From: Myxococcota bacterium
GTDB taxonomy: Bacteria > Myxococcota_A > Polyangia > Polyangiales > Sandaracinaceae
NCBI GenBank assembly: GCA_036149055.1
Contig: JAYZQJ010000125.1
Span: forward strand, 25,455 to 89,454
DNA: 64,000 nt
Direction: 5' to 3'
The notes beneath the pieces are model-generated. The model made no database searches, was not told the origin of the DNA, and saw nothing but the letters and a program-made list of their open reading frames with translations. This document shows, in pieces, positions 1 to 8,763 of the stretch. Numbering within the stretch: position 1 is the first letter of the stretch; each line of letters starts with the position of its first letter. Made by a program: the position numbers and the translations under genes.

Positions 1-742
1 TGGTCTGCCGGATCTCCCGCTCCTCCTCGGGGGTGAGGAAGCCGGTCTCCATCGTGTAGCGGTCGTGGAGCGGGGCGTTCAGGTCGTACTTCACGTAGCG
101 GACCTGCGGGCCGATCCCGATGCAGCGCACGAACATGTCGTGGGGGTGCACCGCCTTCTGCACGTGCATCACCAGGCTGCCGCTCGCCTCGTAGGCCCGC
201 CTTAGCGCCGCCTCGTCCTCGGCCCGGGTGACGGCGCGCCAGCCGCCGCCGTCGTAGGGCTTCATGATCACGGGGAAGCCGAGCTCGTGGCCCACCCGGC
301 CCACGTCGAAGAGCTTCGCGTAGCGGTGCAGGGTGTCGCGCAGATCGGGCACCGGGGCGTACGACTTCGGCGGGATCATCCACGTCTCGGGGATGGCCAT
401 GCCGAGCTTCATCATCGCGCAGTAGGTGGTCTGCTTCTCCATGGACTGGAGCGACCACGGGTTGTTGAGGACGTAGAGATCGTCCATCAACACGGCTTTC
501 TTAATCCACTCCCGGCTGGTGTGGTACCAGTGGGTCAGCCGATCGATCACGAGGTCGTAGCGGCACTCCTGCCGCAGATCGAAGGGCTCGATGGAGACGC
601 GCTCGACCTCGAGCGACACGGTGTCCCCGCCCACCGGGATCGCGAGGTCCAGCCGCTTCAGCAGGTCCTCGTAGCAGAGCGGCCAGCACAGGTCGGCTCC
701 CAGGGAGAGCCCGATCGTCTTCGTCACGTTCGCCATCGTCAT
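1..742 (-). CDS. RimK/glutathione-synthetase-like ATP-grasp protein (3' end runs off the window)
   Basis: Not in the ORF track. My translation: MTMANVTKTIGLSLGADLCWP...DRLTHWY...VLNNPWS...GFPVIMKPYDGGGWRAV. The ATG at 742 overlaps the upstream TGA; alternative ATG at 736. Confidence 0.8.
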   Translation of the reverse strand, partial: MTMANVTKTIGLSLGADLCWPLCYEDLLKRLDLAIPVGGDTVSLEVERVSIEPFDLRQECRYDLVIDRLTHWYHTSREWIKKAVLMDDLYVLNNPWSLQSMEKQTTYCAMMKLGMAIPETWMIPPKSYAPVPDLRDTLHRYAKLFDVGRVGHELGFPVIMKPYDGGGWRAVTRAEDEAALRRAYEASGSLVMHVQKAVHPHDMFVRCIGIGPQVRYVKYDLNAPLHDRYTMETGFLTPEEEREIRQT

Positions 743-1884
743 CACTCGTAGATCATCGAGATCGGGCCGGGGAAGAGCCAGGAGAGCCCGCCCTGCAGTC
801 GATCGCGCCAGTTTTCCCAGTTGTGACCGTCGCGCGCCTCCTCGAAGCGCACCTCCATGCCGCTCTCGGCGAGCAGCGGCACGAGCGAGCGGTTCTCGTA
901 GATCAGCGACTCGTACACACCGCAGCTGAGGTACACGCGCTCGGCCATCGGGCGCAGGTCGCGGCGCAGCTCGTTCATGAACGCGACCACCGGCGCCCAG
1001 AGCGGGCCGGTGCGGTTGCCCTGGCCGATGTCGGTGAAGGCGAACGAGCCGGACTGGAGCAGCAGCCGGCCGAAGAAGCCGGGGTAGCGCCAGGCGGTCG
1101 ACAGCGCGGCCACGCCCCCGAAGCTCGCGCCCATCAGGCAGCGCGCGCCCGGCCGGGCGGAGAGCGGCAGCTCGCGCTCGAGGTGCGGCACCAGCTCCTC
1201 GCGGATGAAGCGGGCGTGGGGCTCGTGGTTCGCGTACTCGTTCAGGCGGTCCGGCGAGTCGGTGAAGCAGACCACGGTGTCCGGGATCGCGAGGCGGTGG
1301 ATCAGGTTGTCGAGCACCGTCTTCATCGCCGCGAAGCGGAGGTAGTCGCTCCCGTCGTGCACCACGAGCAGCGGGTAGCGGCGCGAGGTGCGGTAGCGGG
1401 CGGGGTAGTAGAGGTGCCCGCCGCGCACGCCGCCGAGCGCCGCGCTGTGCATGCGGAAGGGCTCGAGCACCCCGGCGCGCGCCTCCGGGTCCGGCTGGGT
1501 CCAGGCCGGCACCTCGTAGCCCTCGCCGTGCGCGACCGAGTTGGCGCCGAACGGGTCGTGGGCGCGCTTGTCGTTGAGGGGATCCTCGACCCACCGGGCG
1601 TTGCCGTCCTTGTGCAGCTCGAGCTTGTACTCGACCCGCGAGCGCGGCGGCAGCTCCACGATGGCGTAGAAGAGGTCGGTGTCGCCGACGCGCTCGAGCG
1701 GCTGCGACGACTCCAGGCCGAAGATCCAGTGGCGGAGGTTCACCCCGTCCACCGCGCCGCGGTAGGCGAAGGTCACGCTCGGCCCCTCGACGATGGGGAA
1801 CTCGTGCGCGCCGAGGAAGGCGTCGATCTTCTCGCCGGTGACCGGGCCGTCGGCGAGCAGCTGGTGAATCGCGAGCGTCCTCAC
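742..1884 (-). CDS. Fes-like alpha/beta esterase with an N-terminal CBM48/Ig-like domain
   Basis: GASFGG nucleophile elbow, GHNWENW catalytic His, EYKL...DPLN N-terminal domain. GTG start overlaps the upstream TGA (GTGA). Confidence 0.85.
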   Translation of the reverse strand: MRTLAIHQLLADGPVTGEKIDAFLGAHEFPIVEGPSVTFAYRGAVDGVNLRHWIFGLESSQPLERVGDTDLFYAIVELPPRSRVEYKLELHKDGNARWVEDPLNDKRAHDPFGANSVAHGEGYEVPAWTQPDPEARAGVLEPFRMHSAALGGVRGGHLYYPARYRTSRRYPLLVVHDGSDYLRFAAMKTVLDNLIHRLAIPDTVVCFTDSPDRLNEYANHEPHARFIREELVPHLERELPLSARPGARCLMGASFGGVAALSTAWRYPGFFGRLLLQSGSFAFTDIGQGNRTGPLWAPVVAFMNELRRDLRPMAERVYLSCGVYESLIYENRSLVPLLAESGMEVRFEEARDGHNWENWRDRLQGGLSWLFPGPISMIYE

Positions 1885-2807
1885 GCCGCCGCCTCCAGGT
1901 CCGTCACCCGGCCGTCCGGGTGCAGGGTGAGCGCGCGCGCGCTCCGGGTCGGCGCGCCCTCGAAGATCGTCCAGCTGCGCCGCGGCAGCACCAGGCACGA
2001 GGCGGGGGCGAAGCGGCGCGCGTACATGCCGACCCGCTCGGCGTCGTCGAGCTTCAGGCGCGACTCCGGGTTGGGCAGCGCGACCACGTCGGCCACCAGC
2101 CCGAGGCCCGGCTCGAGCACCTGAGGCGCGTCGCCGCCGTAGGGCGGATCGTCGTGGAAGAGCACGATGCGCTCGGTGACCGCCATCGCGCCCGCCGACC
2201 AGGCGAACACCGGGCGGTCGCCGATCAGGTCCGTCATCCCGAAGAGCAGCAGCCGGTTGAGCAGCGAGGCGACGTGCCCGCCCGCGATCGCCACCGCGTC
2301 GCAGCCCGCGAGCAGGCGGGTCAGCTCCGAGCGGTGCCACGCCACCCGCCCGCGCGCGTGCGGATCCCACGACTCGACGAACTCGCGCCGCACCCCCTCG
2401 CAGCGCCGCAGGTGATGGGCGTCGAGCATGCGGATCGCGTTGACGGACTGCTCGAGCTCCTCCTCGAGCAGCGCCAGCGGGGCCGCCCGGTGCGCGATCA
2501 CCCGCGCCGACTCGATGAGGTGCTCCAGCCGGATCCGGTAGAAGTCCTGGAGCTGCCGGAGCCGGAGCTGCCGCTCGCGGTAGGCCGCGGCCAGCTCGCG
2601 ATCGCTCCGGAACACGTCGTCGGCGCGCTGGTGGAGGGCGAGGTTCACCGTCTCCCCGCCGAGGTGGGTGGACAGCTCCTCGTCCTCCGGCTCGCGCTCC
2701 TGCCAGCCGGCGGTGATCAGCGCGAAGCGCCCGGAGACGCCCGCCGCCTTCGCCGCCTCCGCCACGCTGGGATCGAAGCGCTGCGGCCCGAGGAGCACGA
2801 CCTTCAT
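1881..2807 (-). CDS. Peptidase S51 (PepE/cyanophycinase-like, class I GAT fold) protein
   Basis: MKVVLLGPQR start with ATGA overlap; ITAGWQERE, IAGGHV and WSAGAM motifs. Confidence 0.7.
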   Translation of the reverse strand: MKVVLLGPQRFDPSVAEAAKAAGVSGRFALITAGWQEREPEDEELSTHLGGETVNLALHQRADDVFRSDRELAAAYRERQLRLRQLQDFYRIRLEHLIESARVIAHRAAPLALLEEELEQSVNAIRMLDAHHLRRCEGVRREFVESWDPHARGRVAWHRSELTRLLAGCDAVAIAGGHVASLLNRLLLFGMTDLIGDRPVFAWSAGAMAVTERIVLFHDDPPYGGDAPQVLEPGLGLVADVVALPNPESRLKLDDAERVGMYARRFAPASCLVLPRRSWTIFEGAPTRSARALTLHPDGRVTDLEAAA

Positions 2808-4027
2808 CGCGCGCGAACCTGCACCGTCTGGCCGACGGCGTCCAGGATGCGGCGCAGGGTGTCGTAGTCGGGGTGGCGGAAGCGCATCCACGCGTTGGCC
2901 ATGTAGCCCGCCGCCACCGGCTGGGTGGGGGTGCCGGGCGGGGGGAGGTGCGCGTCGATGAGGTGCTCGCCGAAGGCGCGCTCGACCTCGGCCACGCCGT
3001 CGTAGTGGTCGATGATCCCGTCGCGGTCGGGGCGGAGCGCGATGATGCCGGCGGCGTAGCGCCGCGAGGGCCGCTGGCTCGGCCGGCCGTGCACCACCGC
3101 CATCGCCCACTCGCGGTAGAGGTCCATCTCGTTGCCCGCGCTGTAGAGGTCCCAGGCGCCCACGCCGGGCGGGCGGCAGCCGATCTCGCTGAAGCGCAGG
3201 CCCTTCGGCCCGAAGAACCACTCCATGTGGGTGGCGCTGGTGCCGATGTCGAGCGCCTCGATGACCCGGCGGCCCATCGCGCGGACCTCCTCGTAGCCGG
3301 GCGCGCTCTCCAGGCGGTTGGTGGCGATGAACTGCGGCGAGATCCAGCGGGTGCGCATCGCCTCGAGCACGTTCGGGTAGTAGTGGCAGGCGAACTCGTG
3401 CACGACCCGGCCGCCGACGGTGATGGTGTCGTAGAAGCCCTCGTGCCCCTCGACGAACTCCTCGAGGGCCACCGACGCCCCGCGGCCGAGGCCGCTCTCC
3501 CGGATGGCCGCCTCGAGCTCCGCGTCGTGGTCCACCCGGAAGGTGCCGGCCGCGCCCGCGCCGTCGCGCGGCTTGAGGATCAGCGGGTAGCCGATGCGGG
3601 CGGCGAACGCGCGCGCCTCGTCGGGCGAGCTGGTCCCGGTCGACGCGGCGCAGGGCACGCCGGCCTCCCGGAGGGCCGCCTTCATCGACGGCTTGTCGCG
3701 GCAGAGGAACGCGGTCTTGGCGCGGGTGCCGGGGATGCCGCAGCGCTCGCGCACGTTGGCCGCGGTCTGGATGTGCGCCTCCACGGTGGCCTCGAGCCGC
3801 TCGGGCCGCGCGACGGTCATCACGAAGCGCACCGCCTCCTCGAGCGCGGCCTCGTCGCACACGTTCGAGACCTGCTCGTAGTGCGTCAGCCAGTGCCGGA
3901 GCGCGTCGTCGAGCGCCTCCTTCGGCCGCTCGCCGATGCCGATGACGCGCGCCCCGACCGCGTGCAGCGCCCGGGCGAACTCGCGCTGGTTGTGCGGAAA
4001 GCACGGCTCCACGAGGATGACGTCCAT
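2804..4027 (-). CDS. ATP-grasp domain protein
   Basis: MDVILVEP start; RDKPSMK, YPLILKPRDGAGA, EEFVEG, HMEWF, SEIGCRPPG. Confidence 0.9.
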   Translation of the reverse strand: MDVILVEPCFPHNQREFARALHAVGARVIGIGERPKEALDDALRHWLTHYEQVSNVCDEAALEEAVRFVMTVARPERLEATVEAHIQTAANVRERCGIPGTRAKTAFLCRDKPSMKAALREAGVPCAASTGTSSPDEARAFAARIGYPLILKPRDGAGAAGTFRVDHDAELEAAIRESGLGRGASVALEEFVEGHEGFYDTITVGGRVVHEFACHYYPNVLEAMRTRWISPQFIATNRLESAPGYEEVRAMGRRVIEALDIGTSATHMEWFFGPKGLRFSEIGCRPPGVGAWDLYSAGNEMDLYREWAMAVVHGRPSQRPSRRYAAGIIALRPDRDGIIDHYDGVAEVERAFGEHLIDAHLPPPGTPTQPVAAGYMANAWMRFRHPDYDTLRRILDAVGQTVQVRAR

Positions 4028-5472
4028 CAGAGCTCCCCCACGCGCCGGTACAGCGCCTCGTAGGTCTCCACCCGCCGCTCCCAGGAGAAGTCCTGGGCCA
4101 TCGCGTTGTCCTGCAGCCGGCGCCAGAGCGGCGGCCGCCGGTACACCGAGAGCGCCTCGCCGAGAGCCCAGCGGAGGCCCTGACCGTCGAAGTGCTCGAA
4201 GACGAAGCCGGTGCCCTCGCCGGTGCGCGGGTCGAAGGGCCGCACGCTGTCCTTCAGCCCGCCGGTGGCGCGCACGATCGGCGGCGTCCCGTAGGCGAGC
4301 GAGTACATCTGGTTCAGCCCGCACGGCTCGAAGCGCGAGGGCATCAGGAACATGTCCGCGCCGGCCTCGATCAGGTGCGCCAGCTCGTTCGAGAAGCCCC
4401 GGTAGAAGCAGACCTGCTTCGGGAAGCGGTGCTGGAGCTGCGCGAAGGCGTTCTCGTAGTGGGTCGCGCCCGAGCCGAGGACCACCAGCTGCATCTCGCC
4501 GCGCGAGAGGAAGTGGGGCGCCGCCTCGAGGATGAGCTCGAGGCCCTTCTGCGCGGTGAGCCGGGTGACCACGCCCGCGACCGGCAGGCCGTGGTGGTAC
4601 GGCAGCCCCATGCTCTGGAGCAGCGCCTTCTTGTTGCGCTCCTTGCCGTCGAGCGCGCCGCGCCGGTAGCGGTGCGGGATGAGCCGATCGGTGGCGGGGT
4701 CCCACTCGGTGGGATCGATGCCGTTGAGCACGCCGACCACGGTGCTGGAGCGCTCGCGCAGGAGCCCGTCGAGGCCCATGCCCAGCTCCGGCGTCTGGAT
4801 CTCCTTGGCGTAGGTCGGGCTCACCGTCGTGATCGCGTCGGCGTAGAGCAGCCCGGTGGTCAGCAGGCTGATCGCGCCCGCGCTCAGCTGATCCTGGTGG
4901 AAGAGGTGCGCGCTGTCGGCGAGCCCGGTGTCCGGCAGCACGTGGGCCCCGAACGCGCCCTGGTGCGCCAGGTTGTGAATGGTCAGCACCGTCTTGGTGC
5001 GCCCGAAGCGCGCCGCGTCCCAGTCGTAGCGGCACTTCAGCGCGAGCGGCAGCAGCGCGGTCTGCCAGTCGTGCACGTGGGCGACGTCCGGCGAGAAGCC
5101 GAGGCGCTGGCAGGCCTCGAGCGCGGCGTAGGTCAGCACGATGAAGCGCAGGTGCTCGTCGGCGTCCTGGGTGTAGATGCCGTCCCGCCCGTAGAGGTCG
5201 TCGCAGCGGACGAAGGTCACCTCCACCTCGCTGTCCGGCAGCGGCGCGCGATGGAGGGACACCCGGACCTGATGCGGCCCGAGCCGGAGGCGGATGTCCT
5301 GCGCCTCCGGCACCGGCGTCAGCTCGGCCTGGACCCGCCGGTAGAGCGGCGCGACGAGCAGCACCTCGTGCCCGCGGCGGGCGAGGTGGCGGGGGAGGGC
5401 GGCGGACACGTCCGCGAGCCCCCCGGTCTTGGCGAAGGGGGCGACCTCCGATGCGGCGTAGAGGATCTTCAC
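4027..5472 (-). CDS. glgA: Glycogen synthase (GT5)
   Basis: KTGGLADV, HVHDWQ, TIHNLAHQG, TVSPTYA, MPSRFEPCGLNQ; GTG start at 5472. Confidence 0.95.
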   Translation of the reverse strand: MKILYAASEVAPFAKTGGLADVSAALPRHLARRGHEVLLVAPLYRRVQAELTPVPEAQDIRLRLGPHQVRVSLHRAPLPDSEVEVTFVRCDDLYGRDGIYTQDADEHLRFIVLTYAALEACQRLGFSPDVAHVHDWQTALLPLALKCRYDWDAARFGRTKTVLTIHNLAHQGAFGAHVLPDTGLADSAHLFHQDQLSAGAISLLTTGLLYADAITTVSPTYAKEIQTPELGMGLDGLLRERSSTVVGVLNGIDPTEWDPATDRLIPHRYRRGALDGKERNKKALLQSMGLPYHHGLPVAGVVTRLTAQKGLELILEAAPHFLSRGEMQLVVLGSGATHYENAFAQLQHRFPKQVCFYRGFSNELAHLIEAGADMFLMPSRFEPCGLNQMYSLAYGTPPIVRATGGLKDSVRPFDPRTGEGTGFVFEHFDGQGLRWALGEALSVYRRPPLWRRLQDNAMAQDFSWERRVETYEALYRRVGEL

Positions 5473-5480
5473 TTCGGCTC

Positions 5481-6707
5481 TCAGGCGTAGCGTACGCGAA
5501 CGGCGTCGATCACGGCGCGCAGCGCGTCCTTCACGACGCGGGTCTCCGGGCTCCGCACGATCACGTAGCCGTCGCCCTCGTAGCTGTCGGACTTCGGCGC
5601 CCCGACGGTCGGCACCTTGGCCTCCACCACCAGGTCGCCGATCTCGCGGTGCACCCGGTCGAGGCCCTCGGTGCCGAGCACCCGGCCGCGCCCGAGGCCG
5701 CGCAGGAAGGCCGAGCCGCTCGCGTGACTCCGGACGAAGGGCCCGTCGAACGCCTCGTCGATCACCGCTCGGGCCCAGGCGCGGTACATGCTCGTGTCGT
5801 GGGCCAGCCCGGTGAGCCGGACGATGTTGGCGCCGGGCGGCCGGGCGGCGATCTCGCCGATGGCCAGCGACCCGTCGGCGCGGCGGAACCACTCCATGTG
5901 GGTCATGCCGCTGCCGAGGCCGAGCGCCTTCACCGCGCGCTCGGCGAGCGCCGCCGCCTCCTTCACGCCCGGGCCGTCCTGCTCGCGCGGGGCGACGACC
6001 GCCCACTGGATCCAGTCGTTCTCGACGACCTCGAGCGGCGTCGGGTGGTACTCGGTGCTCGAGGTCATGCGGACCTCGCCCTTCACCGTGATCGTCTCGA
6101 GGCTGTGCTCGCGGCCGACGAGGAACTCCTCGGCGAGCACCGGATCCTCGCTGCGCGGCTGCAGCGCCTCGAGGGCCGAGCGCGCGTGCTCGACGGAAGC
6201 GATCCGCCAGGTCGCCTTGCAGGCCATGCCGGCCGGGGGCTTGAGCACGATGGGGAAGCCGACCTCGTCGAGGAAGTCGGACGCGTCCTCCCAGGACCGC
6301 AGCAGCCGGTGGCGCGCCGTCGGCAGCCCCGCCGCCCGCAGCGCGTCCTTCATCATCGCCTTGTCGCGGAAGAGCCCGGCCGTGCGCACGTCGGTGCCGG
6401 GCACCCCGAAGTGCTCGCGCAGCTTGGCGAGCTCGACCTGCATCGGCTCGAGGATGCCGAGGATCCGCGCCGGGCGGCCGTTGCGCTTCGCCAGCCGCTC
6501 GAGGGCCCCGGCGAGCTGGCCGAGGTCCATCGGGTTCTCCACCCGCTCGACGTCGTCGAAGAGCGCCGCGTCCTCGCCTCCGGGCGGCGTGTGCACGACG
6601 CCGAGGAGGCGGCCGCGTCCGCCGTCTTCGGAGAGGAGCCGCTTGCTCGCGCGCACGAAGCGCAGGGTGGTCTCGGCCGGGAAGGGGGCGATGAAGGCGA
6701 CGTTCAT
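5481..6707 (-). CDS. ATP-grasp domain protein
   Basis: RDKAMMK, FPIVLKPPAG, EEFLVG, THMEWF, GEIAARPPG; paralogue of 2804-4027. Confidence 0.9.
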   Translation of the reverse strand: MNVAFIAPFPAETTLRFVRASKRLLSEDGGRGRLLGVVHTPPGGEDAALFDDVERVENPMDLGQLAGALERLAKRNGRPARILGILEPMQVELAKLREHFGVPGTDVRTAGLFRDKAMMKDALRAAGLPTARHRLLRSWEDASDFLDEVGFPIVLKPPAGMACKATWRIASVEHARSALEALQPRSEDPVLAEEFLVGREHSLETITVKGEVRMTSSTEYHPTPLEVVENDWIQWAVVAPREQDGPGVKEAAALAERAVKALGLGSGMTHMEWFRRADGSLAIGEIAARPPGANIVRLTGLAHDTSMYRAWARAVIDEAFDGPFVRSHASGSAFLRGLGRGRVLGTEGLDRVHREIGDLVVEAKVPTVGAPKSDSYEGDGYVIVRSPETRVVKDALRAVIDAVRVRYA

Positions 6708-6762
6708 GATCGGGGGCCCCGTCTACTCCAGCCGCGAGGGCGGTCAAAGGCCAGACCGTGAC

Positions 6763-8658
6763 CTAGCGCGCAGCCTCGGCCCCCGCGCTCGCCACCGCGC
6801 TCGCGACGGCGTCGGTCAGCTGCCGGATCCCGTAGGGCTTGCCGAGGAAGCTGGTGAAGTCGTCCTCGGTCGCGAGCTGGGGATCGGCCGCGTAGCCGCT
6901 GGTCCGGATCACCGGCAGGCGAGGAAAGGTCTCCCGGATGGCGACCAGCGCCCGGTCGCCGCCCATGCCCGGCATGGTCTGGTCGAGCAGCACCACGGAG
7001 ACCGCGTCGCCCCGCTCCTCGAGGACCTCCAGCGCCGCCTCGCCCGAGCCCGCCTCGACGACCTCGAAGCCGAGCGGCTCGAGCGCGCGCCGGGCCAGCC
7101 GCCGCAGCAGCCGCTCGTCGTCGACCACGAGCACGCACGCCTCCTGCGCCATGCTCCGGGTCACCGGCGCGGCGGCGGCCCGGGCGATCGGCGCGTCCGA
7201 GAGCGGCAGCCACACCTCCATCGACGTGCCCACCCCGGGCCGGCTCCGCACCCCGACGCAGCCCCCGTGGCGCTCGAGGATGCCGAGCACCGCGGCGAGC
7301 CCGAGGCCGCGCCCCTTGCCCTTGGTGGAGAAGAACGGGTCGAAGATGCGCGCGAGCACCTCGTCGGACATGCCGCCGCCCTCGTCCCGCACCCGGACGA
7401 AGGCCACCTTCGGTCCCTCGGGCAGCGTCCCGAAGACCTGGGCCCCCGGCGACGCCCCGGCGGGCTCGAAGGTCCCCGCCGACACCTCCACCAGGCCCCC
7501 GTGGTCCGAGGTCGCGTCGCCGGCGTTGACGATCAGGTTCATCACGACCTGGCGGAGCTGCACCTGGTCGGCGGCGACCGGGATCGGGGCCGAGGGCACG
7601 TCGACGGTGAGCTCGACCCCCTTCGGCAGCGCGGTGCCGATCAGCGGCTTCATCTCGCCGACGAGCTCGGCGAAGTCCACCGTGACCCGCTCGGCGTTGC
7701 CTTCGCCCGCGTAGGCCAGCATCGAGGTGCTCAGCTCGCCGGCGCGCTGGGCCGCGAGCCGGATGTCGGACAGGGCCTCGGCGGGGGCGCTGCCGGCCGC
7801 GACCTCCCGCTCGGCGAGCGTCGCCGACCCGAGGATCCCGGTGAGGATGTTGTTGAGGTCGTGGGCGATGCCGCCCGCCATCTCCCCCAGCGTCTCCCGC
7901 TTCTGGGCGCGCTGGATCCGCGCGTCGAGCCGGCGCCGCTCGGTCGTGTCGTGCAGGATGGCTTGCAGGTGTCCGGTGTCCTCGCCGCGGGCGATGCGCA
8001 CGAAGGTCCCCTCGAGCCAGGCGGTCTCCCCGTCGGCGCGGCGCACCGGGGCGGCGACGGAGACCCGGGGCGCGTCGCCCGCGAGCGCCTCGCGCACGGT
8101 CTGCCGCGCCTCCTTCGCCACGAGCTCGGGGAAGGACATCGCGTTGAGCTGCACCGGGGTCCGCCCGACGAGCTCCTGGAAACATCGGTTGGTGAAGTGG
8201 AAGGTCAGGTCGGGCCGGAGCCGGACGATGGAGTCGGTCGCCGCCTCCACCAGCGAGCGGTAGCGCTCCTCCGCGTCCGAGACCGCCTCCTCGCGCGACT
8301 CGAGCTGCGTCGAGTAGAGCAGCGCGGGCGCGCCGTCCCACTCGACCTTGGCGACCCGGGTCCGCACGTGCAGGGTGCCGCCCCAGCGATCGACGAAGCG
8401 GTTGCGCACGAAGCCCTGGCTCACCACCTCGTCGCTGCCGAGGAAGGCGGTGAGGAACTCGGTCACCCGGACGACGTCCTCGGCGGGGATGAACGGGTTC
8501 TCGAAGCGCTGGAAGCGATAGTCGTCCAGCGTGTAGCCGGTGAGCTTCACCAGGGCGTCGTTCACCCAGAGCGAGTTCGCCTCGAGGTCGGTGATGAACA
8601 CCATGGTGTCCGTCATCGCCGCGAGGCGCTCGAAGAGCGCGGTCTCTCCCCTCGACAC
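6763..8658 (-). CDS. Hybrid sensor histidine kinase (PAS-PAS-HisKA-HATPase-REC)
   Basis: IAHDLNNIL H-box, NLIVNA, DEGGGM, FDPFFSTK, GRGLGL; receiver VVDDE...LLDQTMP...KP. GTG start sits 6 nt after TACGAT. Confidence 0.92.
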   Translation of the reverse strand: MSRGETALFERLAAMTDTMVFITDLEANSLWVNDALVKLTGYTLDDYRFQRFENPFIPAEDVVRVTEFLTAFLGSDEVVSQGFVRNRFVDRWGGTLHVRTRVAKVEWDGAPALLYSTQLESREEAVSDAEERYRSLVEAATDSIVRLRPDLTFHFTNRCFQELVGRTPVQLNAMSFPELVAKEARQTVREALAGDAPRVSVAAPVRRADGETAWLEGTFVRIARGEDTGHLQAILHDTTERRRLDARIQRAQKRETLGEMAGGIAHDLNNILTGILGSATLAEREVAAGSAPAEALSDIRLAAQRAGELSTSMLAYAGEGNAERVTVDFAELVGEMKPLIGTALPKGVELTVDVPSAPIPVAADQVQLRQVVMNLIVNAGDATSDHGGLVEVSAGTFEPAGASPGAQVFGTLPEGPKVAFVRVRDEGGGMSDEVLARIFDPFFSTKGKGRGLGLAAVLGILERHGGCVGVRSRPGVGTSMEVWLPLSDAPIARAAAAPVTRSMAQEACVLVVDDERLLRRLARRALEPLGFEVVEAGSGEAALEVLEERGDAVSVVLLDQTMPGMGGDRALVAIRETFPRLPVIRTSGYAADPQLATEDDFTSFLGKPYGIRQLTDAVASAVASAGAEAAR

Positions 8659-8763
8659 GCCCGCATCGTACCGCCTCTCACGGCCGAGCGGTGGATGGCA
8701 TCGGAGGTCGCGCGGTGACTTTCTCGGTGGCGGTCCACGTCGGCCTCCCGGTAAGCTGGCGCC

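Noticed and set aside
742..6747. Apparent long N-terminal extensions or fusions in the ORF track (542, 707, 743, 906 aa)
   Set aside because: Extensions are off-frame read-through of the upstream gene; true starts sit at or next to the upstream stop codons.
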